Of a DNA stretch of 64,000 bases, positions 52,605 through 64,000 are shown in pieces. Numbering within the stretch: the first letter of the stretch is position 1; each line of letters opens with the position of its first letter. The position numbers and the translations under genes are program-made. This DNA is from Eledone cirrhosa (lineage: Eukaryota): the NCBI GenBank assembly GCA_964016885.1, contig OZ024742.1, positions 303,490,001-303,554,000 of the forward strand, given 5' to 3'. The notes under the pieces are model-generated. The model saw only the letters and a list, made by a program, of their open reading frames with translations. It had not been told where the DNA came from and ran no database searches.

Positions 52605-52797
52605 AAGGTGGATTGGCAGTATCGGTAGAGGGTCGGACGCCATGCTTTGACGCATAGAGTAATGGCCCTTGCCATTCTCAGTTCAAATCCCGCCGAGGTT
52701 AACTTTGCTTTTCATCCTTATGAGGTCGATAAAATAAAGTACCAGTAATACACTGGGTAATTTACTGGCCTTGTGGCAAAAGTAGAAACAATTATTA
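52605..52797 (+). mobile_element. Full Nin-domain tRNA-derived SINE
   Basis: A-box-like tggcagtatcgg, B-box gttcaaatcc, core gccgaggttaactttgcttttcatcct..ggtcgataaaataaagtaccag, and tail agtagaaacaattatta. Confidence 0.85.
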
Positions 52798-54014
52798 AAT
52801 AAATCTCTGATTTAACTTACATATCCTTTTCTTCAACTGCCAACACAATATATGATCAATTCAAAAGATCTTTTCAAGTAATGAAGGACATAGAGATAAA
52901 GTAGTGGTGGTCAAAATACAGAAATAAAATTAAGATAATTAGATATGACAAGGACAAACTTGATTTATTCTGCTCAATGTTATTACAGGTGAACACTTGC
53001 ACAGGTAACCATTATCCCATATATTAAGTATAGAAAGGAAATGAGCTTAGCATAGTGCTTCTTAAATTTACGAGTCAATTCTTCTTTGCTTTAAACTATA
53101 AAACAAGCAACAACGATGAGAGATGTAATTATTCAATCACCAGAGCAGTGGGGTCGCGAAATTAATGTCTCAATGCCTGAGCTTTCCAAAATCACATATA
53201 CCGTTCATATAATTCTCATGGTGATTCTGCGTGACACAGTGTCTGACAAGGCTTACCCTTTGAATTACAGACACAATCCATCCATTGTGCGTCTGAACAC
53301 TTCCATCTTACAAAGCATGAGTTGAGAGGATGCTGTGATAAATGACACTTGCACTAGATTCCATACAGTATAGTGCCATCGAACCTGGGAAATAATGATT
53401 GCGAAGGGTACCTCATAACTGATGCAACTGCTGTTACTGTTGCTGTTGCTGCTGTTGTTCTTCATGTTGTCGTCATCATTGGTCTTGTATTTATTTTCGT
53501 TGTTGTTGATGCTGCTGTTCTTGTTGTGGTCGCCGTTGTTGCTCTTGTTGTTATTGTTTATGATGTTGTTGTGATTGTAGTAGTTGTCGTTGCCATTGTT
53601 TTTGCGGTTTTTGATGTCGCTCCCGCTGCTGTTATTGTTATTGTTATTATTTTTGTTGTTACTGTTCTTACTGTTGTCTTTGCTAATGTTTTCGTTGCTG
53701 TTGCTAGTTTTGGTAGATCTTCCGTGTGCAGTGTTGTTAGTGGTATCATTGGTGACATTGTTGGTGGTGGGGCGATGACGCATGTCGTGACCTTTGAGTC
53801 GTTTGTAGGCTTAAGAAAACTAAGGTTTAAAGTAGAAATATTTGAGCCAAAGCTGAAATATTATGGGGATTCCTTTCTTCATAGCAAAGACATGTGCCTT
53901 ATGTCCACTGTGCAACAAAGATGTTTAGAAAGAAGCTTTAAAAATAGCAAATTACTGGGAGCTAACAAATATACGTCTGAACAAGTCAAACGTCAATAAT
54001 AATAACAAAAAACA

Positions 54015-54084
<70 letters not shown>

Positions 54085-54087
<3 letters not shown>

Positions 54088-54365
54088 TAAACGATACCAG
54101 GACTTAAAGTGGGAGGTAAAAAGGATTTGGAACTGCCATGAAGTCAAAGTGATCCCGATTGTCAAGGCGCACTAGGGACTATTTCAAAAAGTTTCCAGGG
54201 AAGGTTAAAGAAAATTGGCTTTTTGGAACGCTTCAAAAGGCATGCTTGCTGGGAACAGCGAGAACCCTCCGATATGTCCTGAATATCTGAGGCTGCAGGT
54301 AGTGGCTTGATATTCATCTCAACAAACTTTCCAGTTAACTAACATCAATGACTGAGACTCAAAGA
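54085..54365 (+). mobile_element. Dong/R4 3' end fragment in (TAA)n
   Basis: Matches 62790-63079 (YQDLKWEVKRIW..QKACLLGTAR plus 3' UTR). Confidence 0.9.
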
Positions 54366-54373
54366 GTAATAAC

Positions 54374-54447
<74 letters not shown>

Positions 54448-54707
54448 TTTCTTTATTAACCACAAGGGTTTACATAAAGTAGACATTAAGGACAGTGCAG
54501 GACAATGCAGGACGGTACAAATGGGCATTTCTGCGTGTAAAAAAACAAAAACAGAGGATGTAACAAAAATAACAATGAAAATAACAATGAAAAATTCCCC
54601 AATAGGGGGGAGACTTCGGAGGGACATTTGTGGAGAAAGCCCAGTAAAAAGCCACAATGACCCTGACCACCAAGGCAAGTGCCCTCTCCCAGTTTTCCAC
54701 CTTTAAT

Positions 54708-57700
54708 TTACAGATATATGCTCAGAGTAGGCCCATTCACTCGGGCCATTCTTGCTTCTCTCACCCATCTTTCAACAAAATGCTGGGAAGAGAGCACTTC
54801 CCTCTCTACTCTGATTTTCCTTTTCAAATGAAATTTGAAAAAGTCAATCAGAGCATCACCGAAGAGGTAAGTGCTCGTCTTAAGCCCTTTCAAACGTGTC
54901 CACCATACTATCTCTTTCGCCATGGCCACCAGGCAGATAAAAACTGCCTGCCCTTCCCGGCTAAAGGAGGAGGGCGGGACAATCCTCACGATGGACTCAG
55001 ATGATAGCCGGATCCGTCCTAAACGCGACAGCAGGTGTTCGACATAAACCCACAAGTCAGCAATTTTCGGACACTGGACGAGTGCGTGCAGGACGGTTTC
55101 GTCGCCCTGCGCGCATCTCGGACATGCCCGGCTGACGGCACCTCCATGCCTGTAGAGTTTATCCCGAACTGGCAAGGCTCCTCGGTAGCACTGCCAGGCC
55201 AGAGATTTCTGGAAGTTGTCCATAGGCCCCGGCCCGAAAGTTCTTCCGAAGAGATTGGCTAGTTGATTTTCGTCGACGCCTAGAGTTTCCCCAAGTACGT
55301 CGTCGCTCTTCCCCTCCACTAATCCTCTATAGAACGCCGAGGTGGAGTTTCCACCGATCACATTGCCCGATTGGTCGAGGGCTGTGAGCGCCTGAAGACA
55401 TTCCAGTCTCCAGGCGCTCCCTCTCGGTCTTCGCTTGACCCAGGACTGCAGCTCCGTCAAGGAAACGAGCTGGGGAAATACGCGTCTAGCAAACGGCGAC
55501 CACACCTGATCACCGTCGAGGAAGAGGTGGAGATGTCGTAGCCTGAGCGCGTGCCTGCGCATCATCAGCCATGGCATGCCCAGCCCTCGGCGTAGCGGGT
55601 GTTGACAACAGATGGACCGCCTGACCATCGGAGCACGTCCCTTCCACAAAAAGCGAAAGAGCAAACGCTCCAGCGCAGTCAGGCGAGGCTTAGGACAAGG
55701 TACGACAGTCAGGCGGTAGCAGATGACAGACGCGATGTACGCGTTAGCCACCTCCGCTCGACCTTTCAGGGATAGCTTCCTCTCCGCCCATTTCTGGGTG
55801 AGAGAAGCCACCCTGCTCGTCACCTCGTCCCAGTTTTTGTCCGTCTGGAGGTCCGGACCGAACCAGACCCCTAGCAATTTAACCGGTCCGTCCGTCCAGC
55901 GTCCGACGACGCTGTTGGACGGCATGGACCTGCTTCTCCAGGTGCCGAGCTGCAGGCCCACTGACTTTTCCTGGTTGATCATTGCTCCTGTCACCGCTTC
56001 GTATTCTCTTAGTGTAGTGCCGATCGCCTCGATGTGTTTGGCATTCGACACCACTACGGTGACATCGTCCGCATATGCTGACACGGATCTTCCGCATCCT
56101 AGTTCGCGCGGGACGCCCCTCAACGTCTCCAGTTTGTGCAGTAATGGCTCGAGAGTCAATACGTACAAGAGGGACGAGAGGGGACATCCTTGGCGGACCG
56201 AGCGCATGATGTTGAACGGTTCCGACAGGTGACCGTTCACTCTCACCACAGAGCAGATGTCGCTGTGCATGGCAGCGATCCAGCCTCTGAAGACGGGCCC
56301 AAAGCCAGCCGCCCTCAGGACTGCCGCTAGGTAACGATGGTCGACCCTATCGAAAGCTTTCGACTGATCTAAATTGATCAAGGACCCACCCGTGCCAGGT
56401 TCCCTAGCTACCCTCTCTACGATGTATCGCATGAGGTGGAGGTTGTCGTGGATGGATCTGTCGGGAATGGCGCATGTCTGCGCCTCTCCCACCAGACCAC
56501 CAACGACAAGCGCCAACCTCTTTGCTAGCACCTTGGCCAAAATCTTAAACTCTGTGTTTAGCAGAGTTATGGGCCGGAAATTTTCTATGTTATCCCCGTT
56601 GTTCGGATCCTTTCTCAGCAGTTCCACCGCTCCTCGGCTCACAGAACTGGGAATTCTCCCGTTCTGTTGCCAGTTGCAGTAGACGTCCGCCAAGAGGCCT
56701 CCGAACAAGTCTGGCATCTGTACGTAAAGTTCATAGGGCAGACCATCCAAACCAGGCGATTTACCCCTTGTGCAGCCAGTCATTGCCGCCCTTACTTCAG
56801 CGGCTGTTATCGGCTTTTCGCAACACTTCGCCTCAGTGGCCGAGAGCCGCGGCAGTCCGTCGAGGTAGACACTGAAGTCCATCCCTCGACCCGGCCCACC
56901 GCTGCCCCCGAACAGCTGAGCGAAGTGTCGCTGAAAAGCTTCACACATTTGCCCGGGATCGAGTAGCATGCGCCCGTCGTGGTCCACCAAAGACCGGATC
57001 GTGGCTTTGTTGCCACGATGCGCCTCCGCCACTCGGGCCCATTGAACGGCTTTCGTCCTCTCGTGTCTGAGAGCACGCACCCTTGCTCTGACAACGCAGC
57101 CTTCGTGCTTTGCATTGAAGAATTGGTCAAGGGCCAATTTCGCCGCAAGCACGTCGGTCGCAATGCCTTGGCTAAGCGCCTCGTCTAATTTTCTAACTAG
57201 TTCTCCCTCTGCTCTATTTTTTTCTATTGCTAAAGCCTTACTAAACCTAATCGATTCTATTCTAATCGCTCTTTTCAGAGCAAACCACCACTTGTTGTTG
57301 ACGATGGCCCCCGTCAACGCCCGCTTAACTAGTTCGCTAATCCGGTCTCTGTAGGCCTTGCGCGCTGGTAAGGACGCGTTTAGCTTCCAGTAGCCGGGTC
57401 CTCGTCTATGAAGCCTATCTAAGTCAAGCACACAGATCACGAATTTGTGGTCCGTGTAGCTGACTATCTTGAATTGTGGACAGCCTATGCTAGACCTATC
57501 TATTTCCCTACAAAATACTCTATCTAGATATGATCTGGATGACCTTATGCGATTTGTCCAAGTCCACATTGGCGCATTCGGGAAATCCAATCGGTACCTG
57601 TCAGACAGTTCAAAACGCCTGAGCAGGTTGGTGAGGCTCTTGCACCCTCCACCCCTATCCGCTAATCCCACACAGTCCCAGCGAGCATCTAAGATCCCGT

Positions 57701-58127
57701 TCTAGTCGCCCACTAACACTAAAGAGCGAGACGTTCCAAGAAAGGTCTCCAGACGCCGGAAGAAATCAGGCCGCCCTGCTCCTGTCGGGGCATAGACGGC
57801 CACTAGCCTGAAAGCTTGCCCGTCTCCGCTGGTCACGTCCAGCACCACCAGCTTACCCTCTGGGTCCAGGAAGATGGCCCGTATGGCGAGATCCAAACCT
57901 CTCCGAAAAAGCACAGCAACTCCTCCACCCGATCCAGGACGGCTGGGAGATGCGTACACATCGTAGCCGCCGAAGATCGGTGCGAAGGCCCGTGCTTCGG
58001 AGATTCTGGTCTCGCTGATGGCCACTACATCTATGTTTAGTGACCTGAGGTCGTTGAGCAGGTGACCCTGCGTCCATGACGACCCCAAGCCACGCGTATT
58101 TATGCTGCCTATTCTGAGTGAGGTCAT
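54708..58127 (-). pseudogene. Tx1 ORF2 (APE, RT, zf-RVT-like) with one in-frame TAG at 57702
   Basis: SINTRGL, ISETR, VYAP, GD*N, YLDR, TDH, GPGYWKLN, SPGLDGLP, LDQSKAFDRVDH, RQGCPLS, AYADD and CPRC..ETVLHALVQC motifs. Confidence 0.95.
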
Positions 58128-58162
58128 GTTTAAAATAGAGTGGAAAAGATGGGAAAGACCAC

Positions 58163-60241
58163 TTACCGTACTTTTGGTAGAGGAGGGATGGTTTTTACAT
58201 CCCTTTTCACTTGATCGTCTGGTGAAGGGACCGTTGAATCGTCCCTTCGGCTGGTCGTCGGCTCTTCTAAGAGAATGTCTGAATATACTCTTCGATTGAT
58301 GGTTCCTCCTAGGTCCCTGAAATCACCAACTGCGTTGGGGAATTTCGTTTTAATGTTTGTGTATTGTTTCTGTGCTATTTTTAGCAGTCTTATGTTAGTT
58401 GGCGTTTTGATTGGTGCTGGTATTATGTAGTCCTGTTGTGAAATGTCTGTGTGTTCAATGATGTAAGTCATTAGTTTCTTGTTGTGTGTATTTATTGCCG
58501 TGCATTTGTTTTTCTGGGGGTGGGGTGTGGTTCTGCTATTTTCTTGTCGTTGTTGCTGGGTGTGTGTGTTTTGTTGTTGTGTTTGCGATGTTGGTGCTTG
58601 TGGTGGTGGTGTTAAAGGTGTTGTTGGCGGTGGTGATGGTGGTGCTAGTGTGGGTGGTGATGGTGTTGGTGTTGTTGCTGCTGTGGGTCTCTTTGCAGTA
58701 GACTTTACCCTTTTCTCATTTCTTTCCTCCCTTTTCAAAGGCGACGATGCGCTGCTTCTGCGTTTGTGCCTTCTTACGACCTTTTGCCATCCCTCTCCCA
58801 CCTCACACTCCATGTCTGATTATGTGAGGTCGGGGAGGGGTACCAGCTCCACTCTTTCACTTGTTGTTGGTGATGTTTGCACTGGAGTCTCTGTTGCAGC
58901 TGCATTTGGTATTGCTGTTGTTGTTGTTAATATTTCCACTGCTGCTGCTGTTTTTGATTTCCGTGGAGTGGGTATGGGTGCCACGGACCTATCGTTCCTG
59001 GTTGCCGCTTGTCCTGTTGCTGGTAGCCGTGGAGCCGGATTCGGAAGGAGGGGGGTTTTCTCCTTTCTCAGGGTCTTCTCGTTGCAGAAGGCCCTGAGGT
59101 GAGTCTTCGATCCACAGCGAAAGCATTTCGGGCGTTTGCCCTCAACACTTATGGGCAGTTGAGTGCCGTTATCGAAGTCTATCACATCTGGGATAGCTTC
59201 GATGCACTCCTGGTTGGTTTGGATTAGCATCTCAATGGAGGAGCCGACCCAATCTTCTCTTACTTTTTTCTGTACTTGCAGTACAGTTGTTTTGTCCTCG
59301 ATTCCGACGAGGACAGACGCGGCCAGCCAAGAAGGGGTCATTCCGGGGGGGACGTGGGTCAGTTTGACCCTCACAATTTTTTGCCCGCAGTAGGAGGGCA
59401 CCAACACCATTTCCTCGCTCCTTAGGGTCACTACTGATTGGGCCTTTGCCTCCTGGGGTGTGGCAAAAAGTACGTCTACGGTGGCATATTTTTTGCCTCG
59501 GGTGATGTGCGTTTTCCGCTGCCACACAGACCCCAAGGCTTTTTGTATTTGGGCCTCTGTGGCTCTTTCCACCCTACGGGATTTTGTACTTACTGTACGG
59601 TACGTGACCGTACAGTGCTCTTGGGTCTCGAAAAACTTTTCCGCTGCCTTGCAGATTGCTCGGTGTCCGTTCTTTGTCACCATCTTCTTCGCTTCCTCTA
59701 ATTCCTCATTTGTTATGAGGATTGTTTCCAAGTTTTTCGCAATACCTGCAAATGAGATTGGTTTTTCTCTGCTGTTGTTGTTGTCGTCAGAGCTGCTGGT
59801 ACTTTTGTTGTTGCTGCAGGTACTACGACTACTGCCTCCGCCGCTGTTGCTGTGGTTGTTGTTGGTGTTGCTGCTGCTAATGCTGTTGTTGTTTATGCTG
59901 CTGGTGATGCTGTTGCGGCTGCTACTGTTGTTTTCATTGTCACTGTTGCTGTTGTTATTACGGCTGCTACTGCTATTATTCCTGACGTCAGACGAATGAA
60001 CTGGGTTTTCGTATTTCCCTAACACCTGTTTCGTCGCTGTCGTCGTCGTCGTGGAGAAACCTTGCACGCTTTGCACGAGACTTTTCTTTTCTTTCGTCAC
60101 TTGCGAAAGAGAAGGGAGGGAGAGAGACACATTTAAAGAAGGGAGGGAGAGAGACAATCTTCTCTCTGCTGTAGTGATGATTGAGGAAGAAGAAGACGGA
60201 ATGAGTGGGAGTGACGTATGAAATTTCTTTTTCGTAGCCAT
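58163..60241 (-). pseudogene. Tx1 ORF1 (gag-like, CCHC knuckle) with one in-frame TAA at 58820
   Basis: CFRCGSKTHLRAFC knuckle. The track ORFs 58820..60241 and 58163..58813 are in the same frame. Contains S/N- and T/P-rich low-complexity tracts. Confidence 0.8.
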
Positions 60242-60456
60242 GTTGTTTTTTTGTTTAAAATGAATATTGGGTACAAAACCCCAATAACTGGTTATTTAAC
60301 CCCGAAGGGCCAAATAACGGACAGAAAGACCCCTCTCACGAGGAGGAGGGTGTCTTTATCAACAATTTGGTTCAAGTTTTAAACAATTTACAATTGTTTT
60401 AACGGTTAAAAATTACTATACCTTACAGAGCCGAGCCTCCGTCAACCATGGCATTC

Positions 60457-60489
<33 letters not shown>

Positions 60490-60566
60490 TAAAAAAATAA
60501 TGATAATAAAAAATAATAATAATAAAAAAAATAAAAAAATTGGTAAGTCAACAATAATTGCTAAAT

Positions 60567-63079
60567 CAATACCACCCAAGGAGGAAGTGCAAGAATTCTG
60601 GGAAAAGATCTGGGCCGAAGAAAAAGTTCATAACATACATGCCCCATGGATAGACAGACAAATGAAAGATACAGCTCAGCTTGAGGAACAAACATGGGAA
60701 AATATAACAGTTGAACAGTTGCGCTTGGTTCTAAGAAAAACCAGCAAATGGAAATCCACAGGAAAAGACAAAATACAAAACTTTTGGATAAATGCCTTCA
60801 CAGAGTCTCATGAGCTGTTAGCCCAACTTTACAATGAAATAGTTAAGGAGCCAGAAAAGATACCTTCATGGCTAGTTAACGGCATTACATTCCTGCTTCC
60901 GAAGAATGATGAGACAAACAATCCCAAAAATTACAGACCGATAACTTGCTTGACCACAATGTATAAAATTTTAACATCAGTCCTAACTGAATACACATAT
61001 GACCACCTAATAACAAATGACCTATTTCCCATTGAGCAGAAAGGGTGTAAACGAGGCTCATATGGCTGTAAGGATCAGCTTCTGGTTAACAAAATGATAC
61101 TGGAAGATTGTCATAATAGACACAAAAATCTATCGATTGCTTGGATAGATTATAAAAAAGCATTTGATAGTTTGCCACACAGTTGGATTGAAAAATGTTT
61201 AGAGATTTTCAAAGTATCCCCCGTTGTCAGGAGGTTTTTGTCATTCAGTATGAAGACATGGAAAACGACACTCCTTTTGAATAGTGAAACAAAATCACTG
61301 GAAGCTGGAGAAGTTAATATTAAATGTGGAATTTTACAGGGTGACTCTTTATCACCGCTTTTATTCTGCATCGCACTTATACCATTAAGTAAAATGCTCA
61401 ATGAAACAAAACATGGATATAAAGTCTATGACAAAACCATTAATCACCTGTTCTACATGGATGACCTGAAACTATTTGCAAAAAATGATGAACAATTGCA
61501 AGGGCTATTATCCACTGTGAAGCAGTTCAGTGATGACATTAAAATGGAGTTTGGACTAGATAAATGCGCCAAAGCAACGTTCACCAGAGGAAAGCTGCTG
61601 AAGAGTTCAGACATTAATCTTGATCGGGGGAACGTGATAAGAGAACTTGATCAAGAAAAAACTTACAAATATCTAGGTGTTTGTGAAGGAGACGGAATCA
61701 AGCACTCGACAATGAGGGAAAGGATAAGGAAGGAATGTTACCGCAGAGTAAGAGCAATCTTAAGAACGGAATTGAATGCAAGGAATAGGATCGATGCCAT
61801 AAACACGCTTGCCATACCAGTAGTAACCTACAGTTACAATGTCATCAACTGGTCAAGCACAGAGATCCGTAGGCTCGATACAAAAATTCGAAAATTCTTT
61901 ACCATGCACAGAATGCATCACCCTAAGGCAGATATAGATAGAATATATCTCCTTAGGAAAGAAGGAGGACGTGGGTTAATCCAGTTAGACATTGCGTTGA
62001 AAACTGCAACAATTGGATTATCTACATATCTAAGGGAATCACATGATTGGATGATCAAACTCGTTTTGAAACACGAAAGCATCAAAAGATCATATTCCAT
62101 TACAAAAGATGCACAAAGATACAGTAATGGACTACAAATTTCAGAAGTCCGATTTACTGCTGAAATGGAAAACACAGAAAAAGTAAAGCAGGTAAAAGTA
62201 ACTGCAAAGAAAGAACTGCTACAGAAACTGGCTAAGAAATGGCAAGAAAAGCCTCTGTATGGAAAATACCCAGAGCGAGCTAACAATCCTGATGTTGACA
62301 AAACTTTAACCCATCAGTGGTTGGCATCCTCTGGACTGAAATCGGAGACTGAAGGACTGATTATATCGGCACAAGATCAGTGTCTGCCAACAAAAAATTA
62401 CCAAGCCAACATAATAAAAAATGGGTGCAGCCCATTATGCCGTGTATGCAAAAAACAACCAGAGACCATTGACCATATAATTTCAATGTGCAGTCCTATA
62501 GCTCCAACCGAATACCTAAACAGGCATGACAGAGCTGCACAATACATACATTGGATAATGTGTAATTTTGACCTGCCCCATCAAAAGAATTGGTGGCAGC
62601 ATCAACCACCTCCCATACTTGAAAAAGATCACATCTCAATCTTGTGGAACTTTAGCATCCAAACAGACCGAAAAATAGATGCAATCAGACCTGATATAAT
62701 ATTGAAAGACTTTCAAAAGAGGGTATGCCTGCTAATTGATATGTCTGTTCCAATAGACAAGAGAGTGCAAGAGAAGGAGAGGGAGAAAATTAACCGATAC
62801 CAGGACTTAAAGTGGGAGGTAAAAAGGATTTGGAACTGCCATGAAGTCAAAGTGGTCCCGATTGTCATAGGCGCACTAGGTACTATCTCAAAAAGTTTCC
62901 AGGGATGGTTAAAGAAAATTGGCCCCGCCACGCTTTTTGGAACGCTTCAAAAGGCATGCTTGCTGGGAACAGCAAGAACACTCCAATAAGTCCTGAATAT
63001 CTGGAGCTGCAGGTCGAGGCTTGATATTCATTTCAACAAACTTTCCAGTTAACTAACATCAATGACTGAGACTCAAAGA
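60567..63079 (+). mobile_element. Dong/R4-clade non-LTR retrotransposon, 5'-truncated, with open RT plus RLE frame to 62989
   Basis: YRPITCL, QKGC, WIDYKKAFDS, QGDSLSPLLF, FYMDDLK, CRVC..ETIDHIISMC, RHD and RPD..ID motifs. Flanked by (TAA)n, the known Dong target. Confidence 0.93.
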
Positions 63080-63119
63080 ACAATAATAATAATAATAAGA
63101 CAAATAACAAATAACACAG

Positions 63120-64000
63120 ATATGTGACTGACAGTAGGGAGTCGATGCTCAAAATTGTACTGAAAGAGTTGACAATAGACGAGGGGATGTCCAAGGAGGA
63201 AATAACAACATGGAGGAAGAGCAACCTTCATGAAAAATCCCTTCATAGTACCTTCTTTAAGAAAACGGAATTTAGAGATCCACAGACATGGAACTGGTTA
63301 AAAAGAGGAGACCTTAAAAAAGCTACAGAAGGAATGCTAATGACTGCGCAAGAGCAGGCACTCAAAACGAAGTGGGTGAAACACCATATTGATAAGGAGG
63401 AAGCTAGCCCACTGTGTATGATCTGTGGAGAGAGAGGAGACTGTGGCTCACATTGTATCCGAGTGTAAACACCTAGCCCAGACTCACTATAAGGGCTGGA
63501 GACATGATGTGATGGGCAGGGTGATCCACTGGCTCCTATGCAAAGTAAACAATTTACCACATTCTGAAGAGTGGTATGAGCATAAGCCAGAGTCGGTGAT
63601 AGAAAACGTTCAGGTGAAGGTGCTATGGGATTTTAGGATACAGACGGACAAGAAATTAGAACACAATAGGCCTGACCTGGTGGTTTTGGACAAGGAAAAA
63701 AGATCGTGCCTGATTGTAGATGTAGGCTGCCCATTTGACACGAGAGTGCAAGAAAAGGAGAGGGAGAAAATTAACCGATACCAGGATTTAAAGTGGGATT
63801 AAAAGGATTTGGAACTGCCATGAAATCAAGGTCATCCCGATTGTCATAGGCGCACTAGGTACTATTTCAAAGAGTTTCCAAGGATGGTTAAAGAAGATTA
63901 GCCCAGTCCTGCTTTTGGGAATACTTCAAAAGGTATGCTTGCTGAGAACAGCAAGAACCCTCCTATTTCATCCTGAATATCTGAGGCTGCAGGTAGCGGC
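63120..64000 (+). mobile_element. Second Dong/R4 copy, 5'-truncated and frameshifted (zinc knuckle plus RLE)
   Basis: TEGMLMTAQEQAL, CMICGE, ETVAHIVSEC, RHD, RPD..IVD motifs, with a 3' end shared with the other copies. Confidence 0.9.

Larger units (their letters stand above)
54446..60456 (-). mobile_element. Full-length L1/Tx1-clade LINE inserted in (TAA)n
   Basis: 5' UTR, ORF1, ORF2 and a 3' UTR ending AATAAAgaaatc. (TAA)n on both sides. Confidence 0.92.

Noticed and set aside
53257-53332. Additional minus-strand exon (HPLNSCFVRWKCSDAQWMDCVCNSK) with gtaagc donor
   Set aside because: Splice sites are plausible, but the phase does not join the next candidate exon and there is no other support.

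Overview
Repeat-saturated, AT-rich metazoan DNA, most likely from an octopus-like cephalopod (inferred from Nin-domain tRNA-SINEs, Dong/R4, RTE and very dense (TA)n/(CA)n microsatellites). Recognisable retroelements: two Penelope-like elements (one Naiad-like), a near full-length RTE LINE with three C-terminal C2H2 fingers, a nearly intact L1/Tx1 LINE nested in a (TAA)n array between Dong/R4 copies, and CR1 and RTE fragments. DNA elements: two decayed DD37D (maT) mariners and non-autonomous Helitron pieces. A few candidate host exons are also present. Most short ORFs in the track are microsatellite artefacts. The main hidden layer is non-coding: roughly 20-25 hammerhead ribozyme (HHR) motifs from more than 10 families. 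They sit in (TA)n-embedded tandem or fold-back cassettes resembling Penelope pLTRs and retrozymes. The best novel candidate is a 3-copy element (41380-42590) whose hammerhead strands appear in a non-circularly permuted order (GUC strand, then GAAAC strand, then CUGANGA strand). Other highlights are U3-A8 and CUGAGAA core variants, and a tRNA-headed fold-back element with Penelope-like insertion architecture. All RNA folds were read by eye and are untested.
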